Source: Bryobacterales bacterium
GTDB taxonomy: Bacteria; Acidobacteriota; Terriglobia; Bryobacterales; UBA6623
Length of the DNA stretch: 64,000 nt
NCBI GenBank assembly: GCA_963422375.2
Contig: OY729428.2
Span: 256,001-320,000 of the forward strand
Direction of reading: 5' to 3'
The notes under the pieces were generated by a model. It was not told the DNA's origin. It ran no database searches and saw only the letters and a program-made list of their open reading frames with translations. Shown here piece by piece: positions 10,747 to 21,224 of the stretch (its first letter is position 1; each line of letters starts with the position of its first letter). Position numbers and translations under genes: made by a program.

Positions 10747-11044
10747 GTGCCGGAGCCGCTGCCTCGCGGGGGGGCCCGCGGGTCGGCTGGCGGCCTGCGC
10801 CTCGGCCCGGGATCGAGGTCCGGTCCCGGCGCAATCTCCGGGAGCGCGCCGCCCGACCGCTCTCGATGCGGGTCCAGGCCCTGCGGGCGGCGGTCCGCGA
10901 GGCGGCTACCCGGCCTGCTCGCGAACGGGCTTTGGCGGTCTCCGCGGCGCTTCGGCGCTGCCAGCCCGCTCGCCCGCGACGGGGCGGGCCCAGAAGTCGC
11001 GGTTGGCCGGAGCCGCAAGAGGGCTAAACCTGTACGATAGGGGC

Positions 11045-14000
11045 ATGAAACCTCGGATCCTGCTCCCGTGCCTGCTCGGCTTCGCGGTTCCGGCCCTGTG
11101 GGGCCAGGGAGCGGTCGGGACGCTCAACGGCACGATCCTCGATTCGACCGGCGCCGTGATTCCCGGCGCCACGGTCACCGCCACCAACACCGCCACCGGA
11201 ATCGAGAGCGCGACGTCGTCCACGACAGCCGGGGCGTACACGCTTCCCTACCTCTCCCCGGGCACCTACACGCTGCGCGTGACCTCGCCCGGCTTCCGCG
11301 TCGCCATCCAGGAGAACGTCATCCTGCGGGTGGGCCAGACCATGACCGTCAACGTCCGCATGCAGCTCGGCGCGGTCACCGAGGAGGTCACTGTCAGCGC
11401 CACGCCCCCGCTGCTCGAGTCCGGCACCGCCGAGATAGGACGCTACGTCAGCTCGGAGGAATACCAGAACTGGCCGATCTTCGTGGAGGACGGGCAGCGC
11501 CAGATCCAGAGCTTCATTTTCCGCAGCCTGCCGGGCACGACGGGCGGAGAATTCGAGGGCTCGATCAACGGCGGGCAGCAGTACTCGCACGAGATTCTGA
11601 TCGAGGGAATTCCGGTGGGCAGGATGGATCTGTCCGGCGGCAACAACAACGAGATGAGCCCCTCGGCCGAAGCGGTGGGCGAGTTCAAGCTGCACACCGG
11701 GTCCATCAACGCGCAGTACAACGGCGGCCAGACGGCCGTGGCGAACTTCAACTTCAAGTCGGGCACGAACCGCCTGCACGGCTCGCTGTTCTACTACGGC
11801 CAGAACGAGGCGCTGAATGCTAACACGTACGCCAACAACTCGCGCGGCGTCGAGAAGAAGTCGCCGTTCCGGCAGCACAACTACGGCTACTCGGCCGGCG
11901 GGCCGATCCACATCCCCAAGGTCTACAGCGGCAAGAACAAGTCGTTCTTCTTCACGAACTTGGAACGGACGACAAGGTCGAACTTCAACATCTCCGGGAT
12001 GACCACCACGCTCGCCACCCCGGACTTCAAGGCGGGCAACTTCGCCCGGCTGCTCGATCCGGCATTCACCGGCAACCCGCGGTCGGGATCGGCCGTGACG
12101 AACGATGCCGGGCAGAGCTCGGTGTTCGGGATGATCTACGACCCGCTCACCACGGCCGATTCCGGGGGCGCCGCCAATAGGAGCCCGTTCCCCAACAACG
12201 CGATTCCGCAGAACCGCGTCAGCTCGGTCTACAGCAACGTGGTCGCGGCGGGCCTGCTGGATCCCGAGCTGGACGCGATGGTGCGCAACACGCCTTCGAT
12301 CGGCAGCTGCTGCCCGTTCTTCTCCCTCTACACGATCGGTGTAAAGGGCGATCACAACATCGGCCAGAAGCACCACATCTCGGGGGTCTACAACCACGAG
12401 TACCGCATTCGCAACAACAACGGCGGCGCACGCTACGAACCCGTCCCGGGTAACCCGACCCAGACCTGGCAGGACCAGTACACGCCCTCGCGCATGGTCC
12501 GCTTCTCCGTCAACTCGACGCTGTCCCCGAACGTAATCAATCGCTTCGCGAGCGGCTACAACCGCTTTCGCAACAGCAACGAATCGGTCTTCGTGGACGA
12601 GGACTGGGCCGGCAAGGTCGGCCTGCAGGGCACCTCCCCGTCGCACTTCCCGCGCATGAACTTCGCCGGGAACGAATGGCAGGGGGGCCTCACCGCCCAG
12701 ATCGGCTCGAGCAACGCGGGCGAGGGCTTCAACGGCAGCTGGATCTTCCAGGACGACATGACGATCATCCGCGGAGCGCATACGTTCCGGGTAGGCTACG
12801 AATACCGACGCTACTTCATGAACCAGCGCTCGAAGAACGGCTCGGGGAGCTTCAACTTCCAGCCCGTCCAGACGCACCTGCCGGGTTTCAGCAACGAGAC
12901 CGGCCACGCGTTCGCGAGCTTCGTCCTCGGCGCGGTGCATTCGGCCGGGCGCAGCGTCACCACGCTGTACAGCGGTCATCGCCACCCGTCCCACGGCATG
13001 TACTTCACCGACGACTGGAAGGTCACGCCGAAGCTGACCCTGAATCTCGGGATGCGCTGGGAGATCATCGAGCCGTTCTTCGAGCTGACGAACCGCATGT
13101 CGCAGGTCGATCTGAATGCGGCCAACCCCGCGGCCGGCGGCCTGCCCGGGGCGTTCGTCTTCGATAAACGGTTCCAGAGCACGAATTTCGCCCAGATCGG
13201 GCCGCGTTTCGGCTTCGCCTACCAAGCCACGCCGAACATGGTCGTGCGCGGCGGCTACGCGGTCACCAACATGCCCCCCATCCGCAACGACTGGGGCTTC
13301 GGCGGCTTCACGCGCGGCTACAGCGCGAGCATTCCGATCAACGCGGGCACGAGCCCGACGGGATTCGCCGACGACCCCGCGCACTGGCTGGACGAGCCCT
13401 ACCCGGCCTTCGAGGGATCCCTGCCGAACACCGACCCCGGGCAGGGTCTCTTCACCGGCGTGCAGACGACGGCGCGGGACAGCACGCGCCTGCCCTACAC
13501 CCAGAACTGGAACCTGACGGTCCAGTACCAGCTGCCGCATCAGTTCGTGCTCGAGACGGCCTACATCGGCAACGTCGGCCGCCGTCTCAGGAGCTCCTAC
13601 TTCAATAGCTACAACCCGCTGCCGACCAGCGCGCTGGCGCTCGGGGACGCGCTCTTCGAGCAGGTCGGCGACCATCCTCAATACAAGCCGTACGCGGACT
13701 TCCCAGACGGGCAGTCCGTGGCCCAGGCCATGCGCCCGTTCCCGCACTACACGGGCGTCACCGAGGCCTATCCGCACAACACGAACTCGAGCTACCACTC
13801 CGCGCAGGTCACGATGACGCGGCGGTTCAGCAACGGTTTTGGCGTGCTGGGGGCCTACACGTGGTCGAAGGCGATCAGCCAGGCCAACGACACCGCGCTG
13901 CAGATCGGCTGGTCGGGCGCCGTCCAGGACCATTACAACCGGGGCTTGGAGCGCGCCGTGGCGGCCTACCACATCCCGCACGTCTTCCGCGTCACGTGGC

Positions 14001-14569
14001 TCTACGAGCTGCCGTTCGGCACGGGCAGGCGCTTCGGCACCAGCAACCCGGTGCTGGAGAAGATTCTCGGAGGCTGGACCTTCAGCTCGATTCACGAATA
14101 CCGGTCGGGCACGCCGATATCGGTGGGCCAGGGGGGCGTCCGGACGCCGAGGGGCTTCAGCGGCTTCCGGCCCGACGTCACGGGAGCCAGGCAGACACTC
14201 GGGGGCGCCCCCGAGGACCTGGATTTCTTCGCGGGCACGCCGTACCTCAATCCGGACGCGTTCCAAGCCCTGGCACCGGAAAACGGCGGCCGCACCGCCA
14301 ATGGCACCCCACTAAGGCTTGGCACGGCTCCCAGGCGGCTGCCCAACGTCCGGTCGCCTCACGCCAGCAGCGAGAGGATGAGATTCACCAAGAAGGTGCT
14401 CCTGTACGAGGGCACCGAGTTCGAGTTCGGTGTCGCCGCGATCAACCCGTTCAACCGGCACGGCCGAGGATTCGTGACAACCAACGTCAGCAGCGGGGAC
14501 TTCGGCAAGCTGCGGATCAACGGCGGCGGGCAGCGAGTGATGCAGGTGGAGGCCCGCCTGATGTGGTGA
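11045..14569 (+). CDS. TonB-dependent receptor-like outer-membrane protein (Oar-like, N-terminal carboxypeptidase-regulatory-like domain)
   Basis: Signal MKPRILLPC; GTILDSTGAVIPGATVT, KSGTNRLHGS, DDWKVTPKLTLNLGMRWE; C-terminal aromatic RVMQVEARLMW. Confidence 0.92.
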   Translation: MKPRILLPCLLGFAVPALWGQGAVGTLNGTILDSTGAVIPGATVTATNTATGIESATSSTTAGAYTLPYLSPGTYTLRVTSPGFRVAIQENVILRVGQTMTVNVRMQLGAVTEEVTVSATPPLLESGTAEIGRYVSSEEYQNWPIFVEDGQRQIQSFIFRSLPGTTGGEFEGSINGGQQYSHEILIEGIPVGRMDLSGGNNNEMSPSAEAVGEFKLHTGSINAQYNGGQTAVANFNFKSGTNRLHGSLFYYGQNEALNANTYANNSRGVEKKSPFRQHNYGYSAGGPIHIPKVYSGKNKSFFFTNLERTTRSNFNISGMTTTLATPDFKAGNFARLLDPAFTGNPRSGSAVTNDAGQSSVFGMIYDPLTTADSGGAANRSPFPNNAIPQNRVSSVYSNVVAAGLLDPELDAMVRNTPSIGSCCPFFSLYTIGVKGDHNIGQKHHISGVYNHEYRIRNNNGGARYEPVPGNPTQTWQDQYTPSRMVRFSVNSTLSPNVINRFASGYNRFRNSNESVFVDEDWAGKVGLQGTSPSHFPRMNFAGNEWQGGLTAQIGSSNAGEGFNGSWIFQDDMTIIRGAHTFRVGYEYRRYFMNQRSKNGSGSFNFQPVQTHLPGFSNETGHAFASFVLGAVHSAGRSVTTLYSGHRHPSHGMYFTDDWKVTPKLTLNLGMRWEIIEPFFELTNRMSQVDLNAANPAAGGLPGAFVFDKRFQSTNFAQIGPRFGFAYQATPNMVVRGGYAVTNMPPIRNDWGFGGFTRGYSASIPINAGTSPTGFADDPAHWLDEPYPAFEGSLPNTDPGQGLFTGVQTTARDSTRLPYTQNWNLTVQYQLPHQFVLETAYIGNVGRRLRSSYFNSYNPLPTSALALGDALFEQVGDHPQYKPYADFPDGQSVAQAMRPFPHYTGVTEAYPHNTNSSYHSAQVTMTRRFSNGFGVLGAYTWSKAISQANDTALQIGWSGAVQDHYNRGLERAVAAYHIPHVFRVTWLYELPFGTGRRFGTSNPVLEKILGGWTFSSIHEYRSGTPISVGQGGVRTPRGFSGFRPDVTGARQTLGGAPEDLDFFAGTPYLNPDAFQALAPENGGRTANGTPLRLGTAPRRLPNVRSPHASSERMRFTKKVLLYEGTEFEFGVAAINPFNRHGRGFVTTNVSSGDFGKLRINGGGQRVMQVEARLMW

Positions 14570-15657
14570 GCGCTGCTCGCCGGGCTGCCGCCGGCGGCGC
14601 GCCGGCAGGTAGCCGCGGGCGCGAGGCGGCGCTTGCCGCGTGGCTGGGTGCGGCGGTCGCGGCCGTGCCGGGTCTTCCTGCAGCCGAGGCGGCCCTGCCG
14701 TGCGACTCGGACGCCGTCCGGGCGTTGAAGCAGCGCGCGCGAGCCCCGGCTACGCAGCCGGAGGCGGCCGCAGATCTGCTCGAGCAAGCCTTCCGGGCGT
14801 GTCCGGAGCAGGCGGGCCTCCTACTGGAGGCCGCGCGCTTGCTCGCGTCGAGCCAAGAGTTCGACGAGGCGGCCGCGACGGCGAGCCGGTTCCTGGCGGG
14901 CGCCCCGCGCTCCCTGCCCGGCCTCGTCGTGAAGGCGAACGCCGAGCTCATGGCCCAGAGGTTCGAGGATGCCGACGAGTCCGCGCGACGCGCCCTGGAA
15001 ATCGATCCGCGCAGCGCCGGCGCGCTCAAGGTGCGCGGCAACGCCCGCTATTTCCTCGGGGATGCCGCGCAAGCCGAGCAGGCCTTCCTGAAGCTGCTGG
15101 ACAGCTACCCGGAGGACTCGAGCGGGGCGTACATGCTGGGCAGGATTTACTACCAAGAGGAGCGCTTCAGCCTGGCCGCGGCCCAGTTCCAGCGAGTGCT
15201 CCGGCTGGAGCCGGCTTCCTACAAGGCGTACGACAACCTCGGCCTGTGCTTCGAGGCCTTGGGCGAGACTGAACGCGCGGTGCGCCACTATCTCGCCGCG
15301 ATCCAGCTCGTCGAGTCGGCCCATCCCAGCTACGACTGGCCCTACGCGAACCTCGCCAGCCTGCTGATCGACAGGGGCGACTTCCAGAAGGGCCTTGACG
15401 CGGCCAGCACGGCGGCCAGGCGCAATCCGAGCGGGGCCCGAAACTTCTTCCTCGCGGGCAAGGCGCTCGCGAAGCTGGGTCGCAGCCGCGACTCGCTGCG
15501 GTGGCTCGAGCGGGCCACCGAGCTGGATCCCGCATACGCCGAGCCGCTCTACTGGCTCGGGCGGGTGCGCTCCCGGCTGGGGGACGAGGAGGGCGCGCGA
15601 CGGGCGCTGTCGGATTTCCGCGCGGCGAAGGCGAGCGAACCGGATGACATTCGCTAG
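14566..15657 (+). CDS. TPR protein
   Basis: GTG overlaps the TBDR stop (GTGA); TPRs such as YMLGRIYYQEERF and KAYDNLGLCFEALG. Confidence 0.85.
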   Translation: MSAARRAAAGGAPAGSRGREAALAAWLGAAVAAVPGLPAAEAALPCDSDAVRALKQRARAPATQPEAAADLLEQAFRACPEQAGLLLEAARLLASSQEFDEAAATASRFLAGAPRSLPGLVVKANAELMAQRFEDADESARRALEIDPRSAGALKVRGNARYFLGDAAQAEQAFLKLLDSYPEDSSGAYMLGRIYYQEERFSLAAAQFQRVLRLEPASYKAYDNLGLCFEALGETERAVRHYLAAIQLVESAHPSYDWPYANLASLLIDRGDFQKGLDAASTAARRNPSGARNFFLAGKALAKLGRSRDSLRWLERATELDPAYAEPLYWLGRVRSRLGDEEGARRALSDFRAAKASEPDDIR

Positions 15658-17281
15658 CGGGCGCGTTCGGCTCGGCGCGACCATCCTCGCCGGGGCGCTG
15701 CTCCCCGGGCTGGTCGGCCAAGACGGTATTCGCTTCCGGGACGTTTCTCCGGCGGCCGGGCTCGACTTCGTACTCGCACACCACCCCACCCCCGAGAAGC
15801 GCCTGGTCGAGGCGATGGGCGGCGGGGTGGCCGCGTTCGATTTCGACGGCGACGGTCTCACCGATGTATTCTTCGCCAACGGCGCGCCGTTGCCTTCTCT
15901 GCGCAAGGAGTCGGAGACGGACTGGAACCGGCTGTACAGGAACGCGGGAGGGCTGCGCTTCACCGACATCACGGCGGAGGCCGGCCTGCAGGGCGAGGGG
16001 TACTGCACGGGCGCGGCGGCGGCCGATTTCGACAACGACGGGGATGTGGACCTGTTCGCGGCCTGCTTGAGAGGCACCAAGCTCTACCGCAACGAGGCCG
16101 GCGAGCGCTTCGCCGACGTCACGGACACGGCCGGGATCGCGGCCGGCGCCTGGCCGATCGCGGGGGCATGGCTGGACTACGACCTAGACGGATGGCTCGA
16201 CCTCTTCGTCGTGAACTACCTGCTGGGTGCGACCGACGGCGACGCCTACTGCGGCGACCCGAGCGCGGGCGTCCGGTCGTACTGCGACCCCGCCCTCTTC
16301 GACGGACTGCCCAACCAGCTGTTTCGTAACCGCGGCGACGGGTCGTTCGAGGACGTGTCGGCGGGGACGGGCATCGCGGCACACGTCGGCAAGGGCATGA
16401 GCGCCGCAGTGGCCGACTACGACCGCGACGGCCATCCGGATGTCTTCGTCACGAACGACAAGACCGCGAACTTCCTTTTCCGCAACCTCGGGGACGGCTC
16501 ATTCGAGGAGACCGCCCTGCTCGCGGGCGCCGCTCTGCAGGACCACGGCAAGGCAGTCTCCGGCATGGGCGTGGCATTCGGCGACATCGACCGCGACTCC
16601 TTGCCCGACATACTCTTCACCGCACTCTACGGCGAGACGTTCCCGGTATTTCGCAACGTCGGGTCCGGTCGCTTCCGCGACGTCACCTATCCGACCGGCG
16701 TCAGCAAGCTGACGCACCAGCTCAGCGGGTGGGGCATCGGCCTGATCGATTTCGACAATGACGGGGCGACGGACATCTTCACCGCGAACTCGCACGTCAA
16801 CGATACCGTCGAGCACTTCTCGGCGGCCAGATACGAGCTGCCGAACACCGTCTTCGCGAACGCCGGTGACGGGACGTTCCTCGCCGTGCCCGACGCCGGC
16901 CTGCTCTCGCCCCGCGCGCATCGCGGGGCCGCGTTCGCGGACTTCGACGGAGACGGCCGCGTCGACGTGGTGGTCACGGCCTTGGGAGAGCGGCCGCAGC
17001 TGCTGCAGAACGTGACCGAGAATGGAAACGCTTGGCTCGGCGTTCGCCTGACGGGGACTCGCAGCAATCGGGACGGCTTCGGGGCGACCGTGATCGTCGG
17101 GCAGCAGACGGTCCATGCAACTTCGAGCGTGGGGTATGCCTCGTCGAGCCATGGCCCGCTGCATTTCGGTCTGGGTTCCGCAAGCGGGGACGTGAGCGTG
17201 AGGATCGAGTGGCCCAGCGGCGAGACGCAGACGCTGCACGGCATCAAGCCGAACCGAATGCTGCGGGTGCTCGAGCCCTAA
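15644..17281 (+). CDS. CRTAC1 family protein (FG-GAP repeats plus ASPIC/UnbV domain)
   Basis: Repeated DFDGDG/DYDLDG/DFDNDG motifs; SNRDGFGATV, LHFGLG and IEWPSG. Confidence 0.92.
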   Translation: MTFASGRVRLGATILAGALLPGLVGQDGIRFRDVSPAAGLDFVLAHHPTPEKRLVEAMGGGVAAFDFDGDGLTDVFFANGAPLPSLRKESETDWNRLYRNAGGLRFTDITAEAGLQGEGYCTGAAAADFDNDGDVDLFAACLRGTKLYRNEAGERFADVTDTAGIAAGAWPIAGAWLDYDLDGWLDLFVVNYLLGATDGDAYCGDPSAGVRSYCDPALFDGLPNQLFRNRGDGSFEDVSAGTGIAAHVGKGMSAAVADYDRDGHPDVFVTNDKTANFLFRNLGDGSFEETALLAGAALQDHGKAVSGMGVAFGDIDRDSLPDILFTALYGETFPVFRNVGSGRFRDVTYPTGVSKLTHQLSGWGIGLIDFDNDGATDIFTANSHVNDTVEHFSAARYELPNTVFANAGDGTFLAVPDAGLLSPRAHRGAAFADFDGDGRVDVVVTALGERPQLLQNVTENGNAWLGVRLTGTRSNRDGFGATVIVGQQTVHATSSVGYASSSHGPLHFGLGSASGDVSVRIEWPSGETQTLHGIKPNRMLRVLEP

Positions 17282-17378
17282 AGCATCCTCCGCGAGGGGC
17301 CGCCAGCCGAACGCTCCATTTTCTCGCCCGCATGTCCAGACGGACGCGGTGGAGGCCTAGGGCATGGGCCGCCCGCGA

Positions 17379-19007
17379 TCACCTGCCTTGGCGCAAGTCT
17401 TCCGAGACGCTCCTGACATCGCGCTGAACCCGCTCCAGGCGCCTCCGGCTGAGTTCGCGGTACCGCTCGATCTCGCGAGCTGCGTCCTCCGCGCGACCGG
17501 TCCTGCTATAGGCGTTCGCGAGCAGGAAGCGGGCTCTCTCGTGGCTGGGCTCGGACCTCGCGAATCCCTCAAGTTCCCGAATCGCCGAGGCGTAGTCGCC
17601 CTTCTCCAGATAGGCCCTCCCCAGTTCGAACCGTGCCTCAAGGAAGCCGGCGCCAGCCGCGATCGCCGCCTCAAGGTGCTCGACAGCATCCCCCGCCCTG
17701 CCTTGATCCAGAAGCAAGCCTCCCAGGCGGTAGCGGGCGAGCGCGTGGTGCGGGTTGCGCTCGATCTCTTCCGAAAACCACCGAATCGCTTCTCGCAGCC
17801 GTCCGGCGCGCCTGTGAACGTCGCCGATGGCGTAGCGCAGCCCGGGCAGCGCCGGCCGCTTCGCGAGCGCCCTCCCGTAAGCCTTCAGCGCCTTGGCGAA
17901 TTCCGTCCGGCCCGCGTGCTGCTCGGCTCGCAGCTGGTCAACTCGATGCGATTCCGGCGCGACCGCACTCAGCCGGTCCACCGTCAGGGCGGCAAAGCCC
18001 TTGTACGATCTGCCGAGCCAATACATGCCCTCGGTGTCGTCCGGATTCGCGGCCAGAGCCTCCCTGGCGATCCGTGCCGCCTCGCCGTACCGGGCGGCTC
18101 CGAAAGCCCCCCGCAGCGGCGCGAACCGATCCTCTTCCCGAACAGATTCGCCCGAGCCGCCCGTACCCGGCCCGTCCGAGGCTGCATTGATCGTTCCGGC
18201 TAGGTCCGGTCGCTCTTCGAGGGCCCGGCGGTACTCCGAGCGGGCCCTCTCCGTCTCGCCCTCGGCGGCGAAACGCTCCGCTTGCAAGAGATAGACAAAG
18301 GGCGAGTCCGGCTCGATGCGGCCGATCCCCTCGAATAGCTGCGTTGCTCGGTTATCGTAGGCCCGGGCGAGGTGGAACAGCGTATCCTCGTCGGCCTGCC
18401 CGCCCGCGGCGAGTCCCGACAGGTGGCGGATCGCCTCTTCGTAGCGCTGTAGGGCCGCGAGGCTGAGCCCAAGCCATCGCCGCGCGTCCTCCTGGCCCGG
18501 GTTCAGCGCGATGCAGCGGTCCAAGGCCGCGACGGCTTCCTCGAATCGCCCGACCCGGTAGTAGTCCATGCCGAGAAAAAGAAACGCGCCCCATAGCTCG
18601 CTGTCCAAGGCGACCGCCCGGCTCAACTGCTCGATGGCCGGCTCGTAGCGTCCCGCAAGGTGGTAGGCGACGCCCAGGCTCTGGCGGGCGAGGGCCCAGT
18701 CCGGGCGGATCGAGACTACGGCCTCGTACTCCTTCGCCGCGGCGGCGTAGTCCTTGGCCGCCTGCGCCACCTGCGCCGCTCCGAGATGGGCCTCCACCCG
18801 GGCGTCGGCGGCACCGGCCGTCTGCGCCCGACCGGCCGAGTACATCGCCAGCCCTAGGACAGCCAGCATGCCGAGGGCGGCGGCCCGTCCCGCCGGTCGA
18901 GACGCGAGAGCGCGCGAATCGTCTATTTCGGGCCGAGGCAGGCGCAACGGGTGGGGTACGGGCGCGTGCTGGCTGCCGAGGGAGGGATCGTCCCGCGCAC
19001 GACTCAT
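17379..19007 (-). CDS. Exported TPR protein (start uncertain)
   Basis: Hydrophobic signal followed by many TPRs; PDSPFVYLLQAE and PESHRVDQLRAE resemble the paralogs. Confidence 0.85.
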   Translation of the reverse strand: MSRARDDPSLGSQHAPVPHPLRLPRPEIDDSRALASRPAGRAAALGMLAVLGLAMYSAGRAQTAGAADARVEAHLGAAQVAQAAKDYAAAAKEYEAVVSIRPDWALARQSLGVAYHLAGRYEPAIEQLSRAVALDSELWGAFLFLGMDYYRVGRFEEAVAALDRCIALNPGQEDARRWLGLSLAALQRYEEAIRHLSGLAAGGQADEDTLFHLARAYDNRATQLFEGIGRIEPDSPFVYLLQAERFAAEGETERARSEYRRALEERPDLAGTINAASDGPGTGGSGESVREEDRFAPLRGAFGAARYGEAARIAREALAANPDDTEGMYWLGRSYKGFAALTVDRLSAVAPESHRVDQLRAEQHAGRTEFAKALKAYGRALAKRPALPGLRYAIGDVHRRAGRLREAIRWFSEEIERNPHHALARYRLGGLLLDQGRAGDAVEHLEAAIAAGAGFLEARFELGRAYLEKGDYASAIRELEGFARSEPSHERARFLLANAYSRTGRAEDAAREIERYRELSRRRLERVQRDVRSVSEDLRQGR

Positions 19008-19038
19008 GCTTCCGCAAATCCTGCCGGGCCGCCCCCGG

Positions 19039-19368
19039 CTAGTCACTTGCCAGGGGGGCCGAGACTGCCTCGTGCTTCCTCGCCCATGCGGTGGTCTTGC
19101 CGCCGTCAGTCAGCTGCCACACCCGATAAATCAGCCACAAACCGGCGAGTAGCAGCAACACCGAAACGGCAATTACGCCCCACCAAGCAGGCGATCCGCT
19201 CAGATCCTCGCGGAAGGCTGACAGCGACGTCCAAAGGCTCATGCTCGTCGAGAGGAGCGTTCCGCCGACGATCGAACGCCAGCCGCCGAACCTCGCCTGC
19301 AGGACGAGACTGAACACGAGCCCGGCCACGAACGCCCCGGCAATCGGGATCGCCAAGAGAATGAACAC
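19039..19368 (-). CDS. Small membrane protein, about 3 TM helices
   Basis: Three hydrophobic stretches; GTG start 6 nt after an extended -10 (TGgTATATT). Confidence 0.6.
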   Translation of the reverse strand: MFILLAIPIAGAFVAGLVFSLVLQARFGGWRSIVGGTLLSTSMSLWTSLSAFREDLSGSPAWWGVIAVSVLLLLAGLWLIYRVWQLTDGGKTTAWARKHEAVSAPLASD

Positions 19369-19517
19369 GGCCCGAATATACCATCGCCTTGGGGCGGCAG
19401 CACTCTCGTCGCTGAACCGCCGGTTCTCCGCAAGGGATCCCGCCCGCCATTTGGCACCAGCCCCTGCAACCCGCGCGATGCGCCGATAGGGACTGGCTTC
19501 CGTAGAATGCATAGGGA

Positions 19518-21224
19518 ATGCGGTGCCCGCGACCGACCGCCCCGTGGCTGGCACATATCGGCGCCTTTCTCTGCGCGCTGGGCGCACTCCCCGGGGCGCC
19601 GCAGGGCCTGGACGCAAGCCAGCAAGCCGCCCTCGACCGGCATCTGCAGCAGGCGCAGGTCCACTTGGACCAAGAGCGCTACACCCTCGCCAAGGAGGAA
19701 TTGCAGCAGGCGATCTCGATCCACCCAGCCATTCCCGGGGCTTACTACCAGCTCGGACTGGCGCACTGGCATCTTCGGGAGCTGGCCGAGGCAAAGGCGG
19801 CGTTCCGGCGGGAATTGGGTTTCGAGCCCCCGGACGCCTATTCCCTGTACTACTTGGGGAGGATCGCGCTGAGCGAGGGGAGCACCGAGGAGGCCGTTGG
19901 GCATTTCGAGGGAGTGGCGAGGATCGGCAACGTCCTGGACGCGCGCCAGCGGCTGGCGAGCGGGTACCTGCGGCTCGGGCGGATCCAAGAGGCCGCGACC
20001 CTGCTGGAGGAGACGGTCCGGCGCTGGCCGGAGCAGGGCGAGAGCCACTACCTTCTGGGGCGCGCCTACCAGAGGATGGGGCGCGCCGAGGCGGCGCGCT
20101 TCGAATTCGAACTCGCCGAGCGCTGGAAGGGCAAGCTGCACGAAGAAATCCAAGACCTTGTCGAACTCCGCATGCTGCTGCAAGACAGGAAGCAGCTCGA
20201 GGCGGCCGCGATGGCGAGGAGACTCGCAGGGTCAGGCGACCCCGAAGTGCTCTTCAGCACAGCAGTCGCCCTAGGCCGGCACGGATTTCACGGCGAGGCC
20301 CTGCCGCTCCTGCTCCAAGTGGTGCAGGCCCGGCCGCGACATGCCGAGGCGTTCTACAACATCGCGCTCGCGCACGTGTCTCTCGGCAAGCCGGAAGAGG
20401 CGGTCCGCTCGCTCGGCACTGCCGTCCACCTTCGCCCGGAATTCTACGAGGCGCGCCTGCTGCTCGGGAACCTCCTGGTCCAAGGGGGAGACTCCGAAGG
20501 GGCCATACCGCACTTGCGGGCGGCGGCGCTAGCCCGGCCAGGCAATGCCAAGCTAGCAGCGTTCCTCGGACTGCAGTACATGCAGGGCCGCTACTACGGG
20601 GACGCTGTCGAGACTCTCCGCAAGGCTGTCGAACTCGACGCGGGCGATGCCGACCTGCGCGGGCTTCTGGTGGACGCCCACTACAGGAACCACGACTTCG
20701 AGCGCGCTGTGGAAGAGGCGCATCGCGCGCGCGCGGACTTCCCGCGGTCACCGAACGCCCATTACCAGCTCGCCTGGCAGCTGGAGAACATGGGCCGCTT
20801 CGCCGAGGCACGCGAATCCCTCGAGAAGACCTTGGTACTCGACTCCGGCTTCGCGGAAGCGCGCCGCATGCTAGGGGAGATCGTCCTGCGGACGGGCGAC
20901 GCCGCGGGCAGCCTCGCGCACTTCCGCCAGGCGCTCGCGCTGGAGCCACGTTCGGCGCACGCGTACGCCGGACTGGGCAAGGCGCTGATCCAGCTCAAGC
21001 GGTACGAGGAAGCGGCCGATGCGATGGAAACGGCGGTCGCGATCGATCCGCAACTCGCGGCCCTGCGGCTGAACCTGTCCCATGCCTACCGTGCCCTCGG
21101 GCGGCTGGACGAGGCCAAGCTGGAGGCGACGCTGTTCGCCGAGTTGAACCGCAGGCGAGCAGAGGAGCGGGACCGGGACGTTGAGAGGACCTACGTGGCA
21201 CCGGAGTCGCGCGACCCGCTGTGA
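19518..21224 (+). CDS. Exported TPR protein
   Basis: 568 aa, signal peptide and more than 10 TPR units. Confidence 0.88.
   Translation: MRCPRPTAPWLAHIGAFLCALGALPGAPQGLDASQQAALDRHLQQAQVHLDQERYTLAKEELQQAISIHPAIPGAYYQLGLAHWHLRELAEAKAAFRRELGFEPPDAYSLYYLGRIALSEGSTEEAVGHFEGVARIGNVLDARQRLASGYLRLGRIQEAATLLEETVRRWPEQGESHYLLGRAYQRMGRAEAARFEFELAERWKGKLHEEIQDLVELRMLLQDRKQLEAAAMARRLAGSGDPEVLFSTAVALGRHGFHGEALPLLLQVVQARPRHAEAFYNIALAHVSLGKPEEAVRSLGTAVHLRPEFYEARLLLGNLLVQGGDSEGAIPHLRAAALARPGNAKLAAFLGLQYMQGRYYGDAVETLRKAVELDAGDADLRGLLVDAHYRNHDFERAVEEAHRARADFPRSPNAHYQLAWQLENMGRFAEARESLEKTLVLDSGFAEARRMLGEIVLRTGDAAGSLAHFRQALALEPRSAHAYAGLGKALIQLKRYEEAADAMETAVAIDPQLAALRLNLSHAYRALGRLDEAKLEATLFAELNRRRAEERDRDVERTYVAPESRDPL

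Noticed and set aside
11024..14266. 1080-aa antisense ORF and many similar long overlapping ORFs
   Set aside because: Shadow frames of high-GC genes; the opposite strand encodes a clear TBDR.
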